From assembly GCF_036321535.1 (NCBI RefSeq), contig NC_087439.1:18848001-18912000 (forward strand): a DNA stretch of 64,000 nucleotides, in the 5' to 3' direction. Position 1 is the first letter of the stretch, and each line of letters opens with the position of its first letter. Below are positions 1-11,964 of the stretch, piece by piece. This DNA is from Camelus dromedarius. Lineage: Eukaryota. The position numbers were made by a program, and so were the translations under genes. The notes under the pieces were generated by a model. It was not told the DNA's origin. It searched no databases and saw only the letters and a program-made list of their open reading frames with translations.

Positions 1-1501
1 AGAGGACATGACTAATGTTTTTATGTAAATACGATGTTTCTTGCTCTGTGTGTGGTGCACGTACATGAGTAAATGGGCTCTAACACTTACTTCAAAGATG
101 TAGATATTCTATGGTAGATTTCAAAGCCAGGAGATATTAGAAATGGTTGTCAGTATCATGCATGACCTTGTTTTTCACTGGCCGTCGAAAGTGTAGTCTA
201 TCTTGGTCCTATTTAACCTTAGAAAGGTCAGAATAGTGAGGATTCACCCTCACTACATCTTGGGTTTACAGGACAATTCTAGACCTTCAAATATTTTTAA
301 GTTTTTATTAAATCCTGCCCATTTTGGACTGAGGACTTCATCCCATTTTATACCCCCATGGTGTCAAATGAGGAAAAGGAGATATTAGGGTCCTGGTTTC
401 TTAGGCCCTCAAGATGCCATTGTGCAGCCATGACACATTATTCCACGCCTTTCTCTCTGGAGTCTTCCTTGGTCATTGTCATCAGCATTTGGCTGTACTT
501 GAAGTGAAGTTCACCGAAGGGAAAGTTGGCTTTGAAACTGCAGACTTATTGAGGTTAGAGTGGTTTCCTGTCCCCATTAAGAATCATATCTGTCACACAT
601 GTTGATAGATGATTCTGCTTCTCAGAGTTTTGCCTGATAAAAGGACATGGAGATATATGGGATTCCCACACCCTCCATTGCCCCCCAAGGAAATGAGTTA
701 TTCCCAGAAAGCTCTAGCGTCTTTAATACGGGGACAGAGTTTGGCTCACTTGCCTTAAAGTCAGCCTGTCAATCTGGCTTTGTTTAACTTCCCTGAGAAG
801 CAGTACTATGGGAAAGACTGTTAAATGTTTCCAAAACATGTTTTGAAAAGAAGCCACTAGAAGGAGAAACAATTTGCCAAAAATAAGTCACTCACCCATT
901 GCAGGGCTCTTGTTGTTGTTTGCTCTAAAGAAACGAAAACCCCAAACCCTCAAACCCAGGGGTGGCCCAGATTTTATGGGCTGACCCAAGGAGTTTCATT
1001 TAGAAGGACATACACAGAGTTATTTAGGGCTCTCAGGGTTCACAATGGAGACGAATGACGGCCGAGGGTACTGTGGTGGCAGGCTGCGTCACAGGAGCAT
1101 TGGTCCTCGATACTCTCCCTTCCTTTCTCTCCAGCTGCCAGCTGCAAACAACTGCCCTCGTTCTCAGGAAATAACATAGACCCCTTCCCATTGATTTCAG
1201 TGTACTTCGCTCTTGTTCACCTCTCTGACTTAGAGTTCTGACTCCGCTCCTTCTTGGGTCCCCTCTCTTTGGCAGCTCTTTGGCCTGTCCTTTTGGAATT
1301 CAGCCCTCTGTTCTGACCCTCATCTGTGCTTGACCCCTAAGTGAAAAATCCCAGCTCCAGCCCAGGGTCTCTGGAACCTCACCATCTGGGCTCCCACACT
1401 CTCCCTGCCTCCACCAAATGTGGGGGGGGGGGGCTTGGGGTGGGGAAGGGTTAGCTTCTATTCTTGGCCTCAAAAACTATAACTGGTTCCCCACGATAAG
1501 A

Positions 1502-2372
1502 GAAATGTAAATTGAAATAATGAAATACCACTCACATGGACCAGATTAGCAAAAATTAATTCAGTCTGATGACAACAGGGATGGTGAGATGTGGGCATAA
1601 AGGAACTCTGGTGGGAGCGTAGAACAATGTGGCAATATCTATTGAAGTCGAAGATGTGTTCTTGCTAAGAAATATCAATTCAGCTCCAGGGTATACAGCC
1701 CAGAGAAACTATCTTATACGTGTACAGATTTGTGTTTGTGCATATATGTATGCATATACACATATGTAAACACATATGTGAACACATACGTACACACGCG
1801 TACGTGAACACATATATATGAACGTATATATGAACATATATATCCACACATACACAAAAGAATAGTAATTGCACAGCCCACAAACTGGTTTATGGAATGT
1901 GTTAATGGAAGATAATATCACTCTACACAAAAATTAATATAAGTGTACTAGGCTAACTTTTTCTCAAAATGTATAAATTCTAAAACAATGTTGAGTGAAA
2001 AAAACAAGTTATAAAAGGATATATGTGTGATATACATATACATAAAAATAGATGTAATTTATATTAAAATATAAACAATATGATTTTTATTAACTCATTC
2101 ATATTTATTAAAAACTAAAACATACATGGGAATGATATAGGCCAACTTAAGGTTAACAGTTCCTTTGGGAAAGGAAAAAGGGAGTCTGAATAAATGGAAC
2201 TGTATCTGGACATTTTTATATCTTCGAAAAGAGAAAGAGAGAGAGGTCTGAAGCAAGATTGGTAAAATATGTTTAATCTTGGTGATGGACTTATAAAAGT
2301 CTAGTTTGTTATTTTCTTTATTCAGCATGATTGAAATGTTTCTTATTTACAAATTTAAAACAATAAGAAAAC
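1502..2372 (+). mobile_element. Old L1 (L1ME/L1MD-like) ORF2 end and 3' UTR fragment, interrupted by a CA/TA-rich low-complexity patch
   Basis: Degenerate L1 motifs 'aatgaaataccactcac...gattagcaaaaatt', 'gggtatacagcccagagaaact' and 'aacaatgttgagtgaaaaaaacaag', with an A-rich end near 2370. Confidence 0.65.
1738..1855. repeat. Degenerate (CATATA/CACA)n low-complexity repeat
   Basis: Repeated catatat/acacatat/gaacatata units seen directly; they generate the spurious ORFs 1680-1883 and 1709-1930. Confidence 0.85.
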
Positions 2373-3261
2373 TACTTCTCAGACTTACTACTGTCTTAGA
2401 TAACTGATGCTAGTTTGAGGATTCACAGAAATATACTTTCAGGTGGGGAACAAGGTCTTTGGGAACATCTTGTCAACTTCTGTCTGGTTCCAGAATGTCT
2501 TCTCTGACTTGTCTATGGCCTAGCCTTGATGCAAATCTCCAACCACCGGAGCTTCGCCCCAGTGGAACTCTTGGAAAGTTATTCCTCCATGGAAATCAGC
2601 CTCCTGCTGGTGTCAGGCCATTGGTCCCAGTTCTGACCTTCCACCCTCAAGATTCCCACCACAGCAGACCTTGGAGCTGCTAGGAGTCAGGGACCTGGGG
2701 GCCAGCCTCACAGGGGAGCTAGGGAAGGAGAAGAAGCTGAGGGGCTGGAGCCAGCCACCCCCAAGCGTTCCTCTTTGGAAAGGCTGGCTCGTGAAGGGAC
2801 TTGCCAGGACCAGACCTCTGAGAGGAGGAAGCCTGGTTCTCAGGGCGAAGATCCGTTGATGAGCAGCAAACTGTGCCCCTGTGTTGCTTCCTTCCCAGGC
2901 CTCACTTCCCTAAATGCGGGCACGTGAACGGTTGCATTTGCCTGGTGGTAGCACCCTGGGATCTTTAAGGCCTGGCCAGCAGAAGGGTGGGATCGGAGTC
3001 AGTGACTCATGGGGACCATCCAGGGTGCCCTCCTCTTCCCCATCTTTTGTGAAGTCAGCCGGAAAAGGAGGTCACATGCCTGATTCCCCTCTGCCCTGGC
3101 CAGCCTTAAAAAGAAAATCTGTCACCAAAAATAGCTGCTTCTGATTCTCCTGTGTCCTCTTAAAATGTAACCACACTCTTGTGTCTTCTTAAAATGAAGC
3201 CAAACTCATGACTGACTAACAGGTAGAAAAGATTTGTTTTTTCCAATTTTCAGTTAGTTTT

Positions 3262-3442
3262 AATTTTTTTAATTTTTAAATTTTTTTATTGAAGTGTAGT
3301 TGATTTACAATGTTGGTTTCAGGTGTGCAGCAAAGTAAGTCAGTTATACATATACATACGTACATATGTATCTTTTCAGATTCTTTTCCATTATATGTTA
3401 TTACAAGAAATTGAATATAGTTTCCTGTGCTATACAGTAGGT
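3262..3442 (-). mobile_element. 5'-truncated L1 3' UTR end (artiodactyl/camelid type)
   Basis: T-rich tail followed by 'tttattgaagtgtagttgatttacaatgttg...gaatatagtttcctgtgctatacagtagg', the reverse complement of an L1 3' terminus. Confidence 0.85.
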
Positions 3443-3904
3443 AAGAAAAATATTTTATATGCACAAATGAGAACCTGTTCTCCATATTGCAAACAAAACA
3501 TTGACTCCCTTAATTCTTCAGGACCGCCATCTGTGTACTTTTGGTGAGCTGGGTTTTTTAAATTAAATTAAAAAAATTTTAGGTGCTTTTTTTTTTTAAG
3601 GAAAAAATGGTAAAGGATTTGGTTCCCCAAAATTAGCTGCTAGGGAGAGATCTGCAATTAGCTCAACTTTGGCCTAATCTCTTTCATTCTAATTATTTTG
3701 GAATAAGAACTTGAGATTGCCGAGAACAGCTGTAGGTTCTTTCTCAGTGGTGGCCTCAGTGAAGTAGGGAGCTATGTGATGGTGCAGTGGCTGTAAGCTT
3801 GGCTGCCTGCTGGTCCTTGCCTTACCTGGTCTCTAGTTATAGATTCAATTCTGGCCATCAGTGATTTGTCACTTTGTTGCCTGTAGGATCGCCTAGGAGA
3901 TTTA

Positions 3905-4170
3905 TTAATGGGAGCCAGGTCCCAGGTGCACCTTAGACCAACGGAGCCAGAATCCTTGGGACTGGGACCCAGACATCTGTACTTTAAAAAAAGCCCCAGG
4001 AATATATGTATGTATACGTATGACTGGAACATTATGCTGTACACCAGAAATTGACACAACATTGTAAACTGACTATACTTTAGTTAAACAAAAACCAAAC
4101 CAAAACCAAAAGCCAAACAAAAAAACCTCCCAGGTGATTCTCAGCAAGCCAAGGGTGAGAACCAGTGCTA
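3905..4170. mobile_element. MER5A-like hAT-Charlie MITE split by an L1 fragment
   Basis: 'ccagaatccttgggactgggacccagacatctgtacttt' resumes after the L1 as 'cccaggtgattctc...gggtgagaaccagtg'. Confidence 0.7.
4001..4118 (+). mobile_element. Very short L1 3' end with A-rich tail and about 15-bp TSD
   Basis: 'tatgctgtacaccagaaattgacacaacattgtaaactgactatac' plus an (AAAAC)-type tail; TSD aaaaaaagccccagg (3986-4000) / aaaaaaacctcccagg (4119-4134). Confidence 0.85.
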
Positions 4171-4254
4171 GGCCTTGAAATATCTGGGAGGTGTTCTTAG
4201 GGCCTTGTGAGAAAGTGCAAACACCGAAGATTTCATTATGTGAATAATGACATT

Positions 4255-4450
4255 AAGAAGAGTTGAGGGCTCAACACTGGCCAGGCACTGTCCCAAATAT
4301 TTTCTGTTGATTATCTAGGTAAGATTTTAGAACAGCATGTGAGGAGGTAGTTTATTTATACTATAGAAGAGGAAACTGACCTTCAAATAGGTTAAGGAAC
4401 TTTCCCAACATGATACAGCAGAAATGTGATTCCAGGGGCCCTGACTTCAT
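4255..4450 (-). mobile_element. MIR SINE fragment
   Basis: Core 'gaggaaactgac...ggttaaggaactttcccaa' is the reverse complement of the MIR core. Confidence 0.65.
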
Positions 4451-4869
4451 AAGAGGATGAACTTGGCACTGATGATATTTACTAAGGTGGGAAACTCTCT
4501 CTCTTTCTCTTTCTCTCTGTCTCACACATACACACATTTTCAGTAATAAGAGTTTTTAAAAAAGGTCTTGCCCATCCATTTCTTTCCAGTTGATATACAG
4601 ACATCTGAATTCCCAGGGCACCACAGTTCTTAAGCTTTCTGAATATGAAAGTTTCAGAGTAACACATGAAGGCTGGTGAGGCATCACATCTGGTTTTTCG
4701 GTACAAAGGGTCAGAAGTTACTTTCATCACTGCCCTCAACTAAAGGACAGAGAAGCCAGTAAGCTGAACAGCCACTTTACTTCTAGAAGACCTGGAAAGT
4801 TGGTGACATTTCTTGTTTTCAAGATGGTACCATGATGTAATGCAAAGGACGGGTGAGATCAGGGTTTGT

Positions 4870-4990
4870 CTTAGTTTTTCCACCTATGAGCTGTGCAACG
4901 TTGAGAAAGTCACTTCCTCTCTCTGGGCTTCCTCATGTGAGAAAGAAGGAAACTGAACCAAATGTTTGCTAAGAGGGCTTCCAGCCCTAA
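4870..4990 (+). mobile_element. MIR/MIR3 fragment
   Basis: 'gctgtgcaacgttgagaaagtcacttcctctctctgggcttcctcatgtg' resembles the MIR core. Confidence 0.55.
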
Positions 4991-5526
4991 CTATGATCCA
5001 AGGGATAAATATCATTAGAACAGCCCTCCTGATTCTGAGGTCTCAGCAGACTTCTCTGTTGCTGTAGACCCATTTATTCCTGTTTGAGCACCATATTTGC
5101 AGGACTGATTTTCCCAAGGGACTGACAGCCTTGCTGACTTGTGAGGGATCCATCTTGCCTTGGAAAGTTTGCATTTGACATCTGGGAAGAACCCTCTGCC
5201 CCAGCCTAGGGAAGATGGATTGGAACTGGAAAGGTGGCTAGGTGAGCGTGGGATCAGGTCAGAGGGACAGCATCAGGAAACATTCCCTCAGACCATGTTG
5301 TGGATATTGACTGCCCAGTGACCATTCCCACTCCCCAACAGCACCCCAGTTCCCTTCTAGGGATGTTTCTCTCTCTCATTGTGTCTAGGCTTTGGGACTG
5401 ATTGGTTCAACACATCCCCTCTTATGTTAAAAGTGAAAATCTCCTTCTAATGGAGCCTTCCACTGAGAAGGAGGCATGTGACCTCAGTTTGCTCCTCTGT
5501 ACTCTCTCCCCCAGGACTTGGCTTCT

Positions 5527-6534
5527 TTTATTAGGAACTGTTTATTTTCTGTCAACCTACTTCCATTTTAAGAGTTTGTGGAAGAACAGCTTAAGGCCAC
5601 TCAGTGGTTGTTCTGACCCACTCAGTGGCCTGAGCAGTGGGAGATGCAGACCAGTCTTCAGTGGTGGGCTGAGCACTCCAAGCTTCAGTAGGGATCTGCT
5701 GAATAGGCATTTAGGGCATCCGCATGCCTTCAGACCAGTCTGCCACTTCAGGTTGAGTAGCCGTGAACTCAGGGGTTAGAGCCATCCACTCACACTGTAA
5801 TCCCTCCTTGGTCACAGCCTTTTCAGCTGTGACCTTCTCTTCCTTTTCAGTCTCTCCAGGATGTCTCTAGAAGTAGAGATCAGGCATGACCACAGGAGAT
5901 GGTGCTGCGCATGCTCAGAACTTCTGGGTGAGCATCCACCACATCAGACCCACTGAGCGAGCTCCCTTGTTGTTGTACGGGATGGCAGTGTTCATGTAGT
6001 GCGGGGGGGGGGGGTGTCTGTGTGACCCAGAGCGATGGTAGGCAGGTTAGTGTAAGATGCCTCTGTGAGAGGCTGGTGCTCAAGTCTGGAGTCAGTAACT
6101 ACCCAAAGTCTCAGCTCCCGGAAGGCTGCCTGGATCTGTTTAGTGAAGTCTCCAGGTGTGAAGTGGCCAGCATTAGGGGTGGTTTCAGTGGCCGCAGCAA
6201 ACTTCAGCACAGCTCTCTGGCCAGTACTGATGGAGGTTGTGATACTGACGTCAGCTGGGTTTTCAGTGGCAACAGTGGCACCAGCTGCCAATAGAAGCTT
6301 CTCCCAGGTTCTCTTCAGATTTATGATTTAGATGCCATCACTCTTCCTTTTGTAGATGTACTGCTTATTTGGAAGTCAGGGTTGGTGCCATGTAACTAGA
6401 TTCCTACTGCAAGGAATTTGAGGACACCCTCCTCCGTCATTCTCAGGACATCAAGGGCTGAAAGTTTCCCTTTAAGTTATGATGGGAACCCAGGACAACA
6501 CCATATGGACCCCTGTCTGAGTAGCACAGAAAGG
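5527..6534 (-). pseudogene. RPSA: RPSA (40S ribosomal protein SA / 37-67 kDa laminin receptor) processed pseudogene, full length and disabled
   Basis: Minus-strand translation contains ENPADVS...[13 protein letters not shown]...[11 protein letters not shown]...[17 protein letters not shown], matching RPSA. It is intronless, with 5' UTR (to 6534), stop TAA (5591-5593), AATAAA (5541-5546) and a short A tail. The 14-bp TSD is aggacttggcttct (5513-5526) / agggctttgcttct (6535-6548). Lesions: ATG deleted at 6459/6460, premature TAG at 5867-5869, G12 run at 6003-6014. Confidence 0.97.
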
Positions 6535-9289
6535 AGGGCTTTGCTTCTAGAACAGGAGTAATGGTTGGAGTTGATTTGTACTGGGGACAGAACCCAGGTG
6601 ACGCTGAGTAGTAGCTTCTATGAGCAATACCTTCAGGGATGGCAGGGGTCTCATCTGTTCCAAGCCTGGTTTGCCAGCCCCTGTGTTAATCCTCTATACT
6701 TTTCTATATGTTTTCCCTTCCAATAAAGCATACCCCACCCCACCTCTCTTTTGTTCCTAAAAGAGTCCAGTGTCGGCTGCTGTGTTGGAGTCAAAAACTT
6801 GACAGAAAGCAGATCCTGGTTAGACCTGTGGAGCAATCCTTACCTCACACGGGGTACATACTTCTAATGATGAGACTCTGTCCAGCTAATTGTCTCTTTC
6901 CTCTGGAAGTCATGGGTAAACACTGCCAACCTCTGACCCAGCTGGTTTTCCTTTGTCCGTGAATTCTGCCATCTTTCTGTGTATACAAAACCTTCCCCGG
7001 CTGTACACAGAGCAGCTGATTGCTTCTCCTTTTTCTAAATCCAATTGTATTTCAGTCCTGTCACATTGAAGGGAGTCTTAGGTGTTTCCAAACTCCTCAG
7101 GCACACTGGCAGAAACTCTTTTAGGTTTTTGTTTCCCCCTTTCTCTTAGTATAATCACTCTCATCCATTGGGCATGTATTTTACCAACCTAACTTTCCAA
7201 GGGCAATTGCATTTCAAAGTTCTTGGAAATTAGCCTCACATCCATTCCTTGTGTACCATCTAGATGCTTGAATTTGACTTGAATTGATTAATAGCTTTGA
7301 AAATTCTGTCTTCCGTGATTCCTCACTCTGAAGAGGCTCCTTTGTCCAAGCTCATATATCAAATCTTTATTGTACCCTATGTCCCCAGTGACAAGCTAGA
7401 AGATGCAAAGGTATATGGGAGGCAGGTTTCTTGCCTTTAAAGGTTTAAAACCTATCAAAGGTGAGATTTGTGTACATGAAATAATTAGAGAACAACCTAT
7501 ACCTCTGAGGAACACCCCCACCCCAGTGGCCTGTGACAGTGGTCTTCAAATTGTGTTTCTGAAGTCCTCCTTGTTGTGTGATGCCATCTGGGGGGATAGC
7601 TGGTGGTGGGGTGGTGAGAAGAGGGCCTGACCATTGTTCTGTAGGATGTCAATGGAACAGACACAGCTGGGAGTTCCCAAGGCTGAGCTGTCTGCCTTTA
7701 GATAAACACAATAATAAGTGACTGGCAGTTTTGCCAACTTGCAATAAGGACTCTTTCTTTCCTTGGAGAGAAAAGATTGTATCTGTCATTGAGAAGACCC
7801 CTCTGCCTGGCACAGGGAAGGTGGACAGGAGTTGGAGGGTGGCTAAGTGAGCATGGGGGCAGGTAGAAGGCAGAAGGATGCCCTCAGAGGACATTTTCTC
7901 AGACAAGGGTTTGAGGACCGCAGGATCCCATCTTTTGCTGATATACAAGGTCATTCTTGATCTCCCCACAGCTACAGATCCAGACCCATGTCCCACTGTC
8001 CACACCTCGGCTGGGGACTTCAGACTCCTGGGCCTCCGTGTGGCCTGGCCCTCCCCTGTGCAGGTCTGTCTGCTTTGTTTGCATCACCAGCACCCCCCAA
8101 AACCATACCCCACCTCAGTGACAAACTCATTGAAGATGGAGACCATGTTTTATCTGTATGGGCCCCACAGTAACGAAACGAGGGCATGGTACACATTTGT
8201 TGAGTTAAGAACTGGATTTCATGATGCCATCTGTTCGCATCATCAGAATCTGGAGATGAGGAAGATCATTCCTGGCTGGGGGTCTGGGAAGGCTCCTTTA
8301 AAAAAAAAAAAAAAAGAAAGAAAGGTCTGGCTTGTCTTAGGCCTTGGGAAATGTGGCATATTAAGATTCCTGGAAAGGCAGAAGGAGGGCATTTCAGGCA
8401 TGGAAAGCATTGCTGAGCAAAGGCTCAGAGCCGGTTTATGAGTATTCCATAGAGCAGTCCAGAGCTGCAGGAAAGAACTGACAAGAGACCATTTAAAATA
8501 TACCCATACCTGGACCCCACTACAGACCAAGTGAGTCAGAGTCTCTGGAAGGGGTCTGGGCCTCTGCCCTTTATCGCTTCCTTAATGAGTCTAATGTGGA
8601 ACAGGGATGAGGACAGTCCTGTGACTCTCAAGTCATAGAGAAGGAGTGTAAGAAGGGCTGGGGTTTGAAGAATGCAGACTCCTGACAGAATCTCTTCCAT
8701 TTTGGGCCAGGAGCTTTGGACTTGAGCTAATGCATATGAGGGTGCTTTCACCCTCTGGTGCTTTTCATGTTTTGCAAATGATTTTTTATGGCAGGTCAGT
8801 CAGATTGAGGGAAGGGAGTGGGAGGCTTGGAAAACCATAGAGCAGGATGACACAAAGTTCCAGGAGAGTGGCCTGTGCTCGCTGGTGGGGAAGTAGAAGA
8901 GAGAAGATGAATCCAAGAGACACTGAACAGGAAAAAATTAAGGAACATGGTGGGATGAGGAAGTGAGGCCATGTTCTCTAATTCTAGCTATGGAAGCCAT
9001 GATAGAAATCTCCCTCTATATGGACAGTCCCAAAGTGATGCAGGCGAGCAAGTAAGGGATGGTACTAGGTCTCCACACCCATGCTCCTCCCTCCCTCATG
9101 GCTCCTGGGTATTAGGAACTCATTCCTTCTTTTAAACTGTCATTGCATTTTATTTCCCTCATTTCTTCCTTGAGAAGATTCCTAAAAGGGGGATCTACAC
9201 TGATGTCCTTACTCCCTCATCGCTTATACCCTCTCTAACCCCCGACAGTCTGTCATCTACCCTCATTCTCTCTTGATGGTCCCCCGTGG

Positions 9290-9720
9290 CCTCCTACTTG
9301 TACCAAAATCCAGTGACTTTTTTCCAAGCCTCATTCCACGCCCCTCTTTGTCTATGTTTAACTCTTTATTAAAGCTTGACACTCTTGGCATCGGGGCCAA
9401 TGGATGTTCCTGGTTTCTTCCATTCAAGTGCTCTTTCTCCAATTTGAATTTTCCCTTCCACCTGTGCCAGATTGACCTAGGATTCATCCTTGGGCCCTTT
9501 CTTCATTTTTACTCTGTTGGCCCCTCTCAGCTCTTGCCCAGATTTCAGTTTTTCATTTCCAACAGTCAGCAGAATATGGTCCATCTGGATGTCCCACCTA
9601 TACCCCATACTCACCGCCATTGCCATCAACAGTGTTCGCAATGTCCGTTATTGCTTAGAAAGTGCTGTGCTGCCAATGATTCCCTTGAACTCCGTTGCCC
9701 TCCCAACCCTGCTTATTTCA
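9290..9720 (+). mobile_element. L2 LINE fragment
   Basis: Degenerate L2 ORF2-like text ('cttgggccctttcttcattttt', 'catctggatgtcccacct'); heavily diverged. Confidence 0.45.
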
Positions 9721-9729
9721 TTCTTCTCT

Positions 9730-9880
9730 TTCCCGAATTTGAATCTTGGCTTTGTTACTTGCTAACTGAAACCTCAGTTTTCCAATCTTTAAAATGGGGA
9801 TAATAATACCTGCGTCATAGGGGTATGTCAGCATTTAACAAGAAAATGTATGTGAAAATGCCAAGCGTGCTGTCTGTCAC
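9730..9880 (+). mobile_element. MIR fragment
   Basis: 'ttgaatcttggctttgttacttgctaactgaaacctcagttttccaatctttaaaatggggataataatacc'. Confidence 0.75.
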
Positions 9881-11019
9881 AGCCCTACTTCTCCTTTTTC
9901 CTTGAAGGCAAGATCTAGGTTTTGTTTTGTTTGTTTTTTTCTCTCTCACCCTCAACGGAAATGCTCCTAAAATAATAGAATGAAAAAATTCCAAACACTA
10001 GAAAGAGAAGTTGCCTAAGTGATGATTTGAGTAAATTTTGAGGAAGTGACAAATTTCAACTGAGCTAGGTCTGAGCTTATTTTTCCTTTTGAGAATCTTC
10101 TCAAGAGTCTGAGGAAGCTGTAAACATTTTGGGCGAGATGTTGCTGGAAGGGTCTAACTTTTGACAAGGTTGGCTCAGTGTAATGTACAAAGAAGGCAAT
10201 ATGAGTGCCTTTGCTATTGGTGGCTTTGCGTGTCAAGGTGAGGTTCTGTCTTATCAAGGGATATCAAGTGTTTGTCAGCCTCTGAGAAAACTTGATGGGA
10301 TGATTTTCACTGTCTAAGCTAGTCTACTAATATCTTGTCAATTTTGATTTATGAGTTGTTTTAGGTCTGTGAACTGCTGGGCAACTCAATCCGTGATTTG
10401 CTACTTGGATTCTGCCTCCAAATATTTGGGGTGGGGAGGGGGTTGTAAGCTGATAAGGTCCTGAGGAATATGGTCAATAATCAGATAGTCCCCATGACAG
10501 GGCTATAGGGGACTTGCTTGTAATATGATCTAGCATACCATAAAAAATTACCCAGCCTTGAGACCTAAAATGCATCTAGAATTGTTCTGGAATATCATCT
10601 GGCCTTTCTTTAATGCATCACTTTTAATTTACCTTAATTTACAATAGTGGTTTAGAACATTGTAATCAAAGCTTGTTGGATTTGGTTCCAGAATTGCAAA
10701 GAAATCATCTGATTGTTTTGTTTGAAATTCTTTGGTAGACATTGTGAAGGTATTGGATCAAGCGTGGTACAAAGTGAGAACATGGACTATATTTATATAT
10801 ATTTTTTGCTTTATGTGTGGGAAAGCAAAAGACAGTTTTCCAAATACATCTTCACTAAGCTTGATCACATTCTGTGATTATAGTTACTCATTTTCACAAT
10901 GTGGGTGAATGTCCAATGAAATAGACAAGAATACCTGGTATTGATGACCAATGGACTATGGAGATAAGGGAGCAGATCACGTCAGAAGAAGCTGCAATTT
11001 AAGTTCGGTTTCGGCAATC

Positions 11020-11520
11020 TTTGTGCTTCCTTTCATCAAGAGGCAAAATCTGTTATCTCATCCCTTGAATCTATGTGGCCCCGTGACTTTTTTTTTTAAG
11101 CTCATAAAATGCAGCAAAAGTTGTACAGCTCTGGGGCATAATTCTTGAGAGGCCACATAGCTTCTGCTCTTGTCTTCTTGGAATGCTGCCCTGAGTCTGC
11201 TGCGTGGAGAAGCCACATGGAGCAGAGATGAGCCATCCTAGCTGAGGTCCCCTGGACCCACCAGCTGAGAGCCAGCCTCCACCTGCAGACAGAGGAGTGA
11301 GGCAATCTTGGGCCATCTGAGGCAGTCCAGCCCCAGGCAAACTCCAGATGACTGCAGCCACATGAATGACCTTAGATGAGATCAGAGGAAGAATCGCCCA
11401 GCTGAGCCCAGCTCAGATGGTTCACCAGAGAATCATGAGCAAACAAGAAAAGCTTTAAAGGTTGTTTTCAGCCATATAATTTTGGAATTGTCTGTTACGT
11501 AGCATGGGTCACTGAAATAG
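11020..11520 (+). mobile_element. MaLR solo LTR (MLT1F/G/H group)
   Basis: 'atcaagagg...cccttgaatct...gtgac', 'agccatcctagctgagg', 'cccagctgagcccagc', ending 'tgttacgtagcatgggtcactgaaata'. Confidence 0.8.
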
Positions 11521-11964
11521 AGGAGAAAACTGAGAAAGCAAGCAAATGCTGTTACTCTTAAATGTGTACTAAAAAAGAAAATTTAAATAAACCAGACAGT
11601 GACTTAGTAAATCCCAGACGTTTAGAGCGGAAGGGACTTTGGAGGTCCCCCCTCTGACTATTTTGATTCCTGACACTGCTTTTGTGGATCCCTGTTTTGC
11701 CAGCTGGGTGACACGAGCTGCTTTTGAGGGCTGGAGCTGGGTTTTATGCTTCTTGGTACCCCTCCAGAGAGTTCAGAGTCCAGGTCTTACATTGGTTCTC
11801 ACTAAATCTGTATTGCTTGCTGGATTATGCAGGAAACAGCATGAAGGCCCTGAGGCCATGAGTTCCCAAGAGGTGTGACCCAGGGCCTGTCAGCTGCTTG
11901 GATTTGTTTGTAGTTTAGCTTTGTTAGGCATCTTACATATTCTTTTTTTTTTTAAACCACATCT

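Noticed and set aside
3147-3202. 27-nt imperfect tandem duplication (23/27 identity); a similar one lies at 15581-15638
   Set aside because: Two-copy, degenerate local duplications are common and show no sign of function.
3826-3892. Minus-strand exon candidate with strong CAG|GTAAGG donor
   Set aside because: Both possible acceptors have poor pyrimidine tracts, and it abuts a MER5A.
5992-6291. ORF with clear RPSA similarity as a functional CDS
   Set aside because: It is a fragment of the processed pseudogene: start codon deleted, frameshift at the G12 run and a premature stop.
7878-8441. 187-aa ORF
   Set aside because: No recognisable homology; the poly-Lys comes from an A homopolymer; overlapping ORFs in other frames suggest chance.
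9273-9803. 176-aa ORF
   Set aside because: Lies over decayed L2 and MIR sequence.
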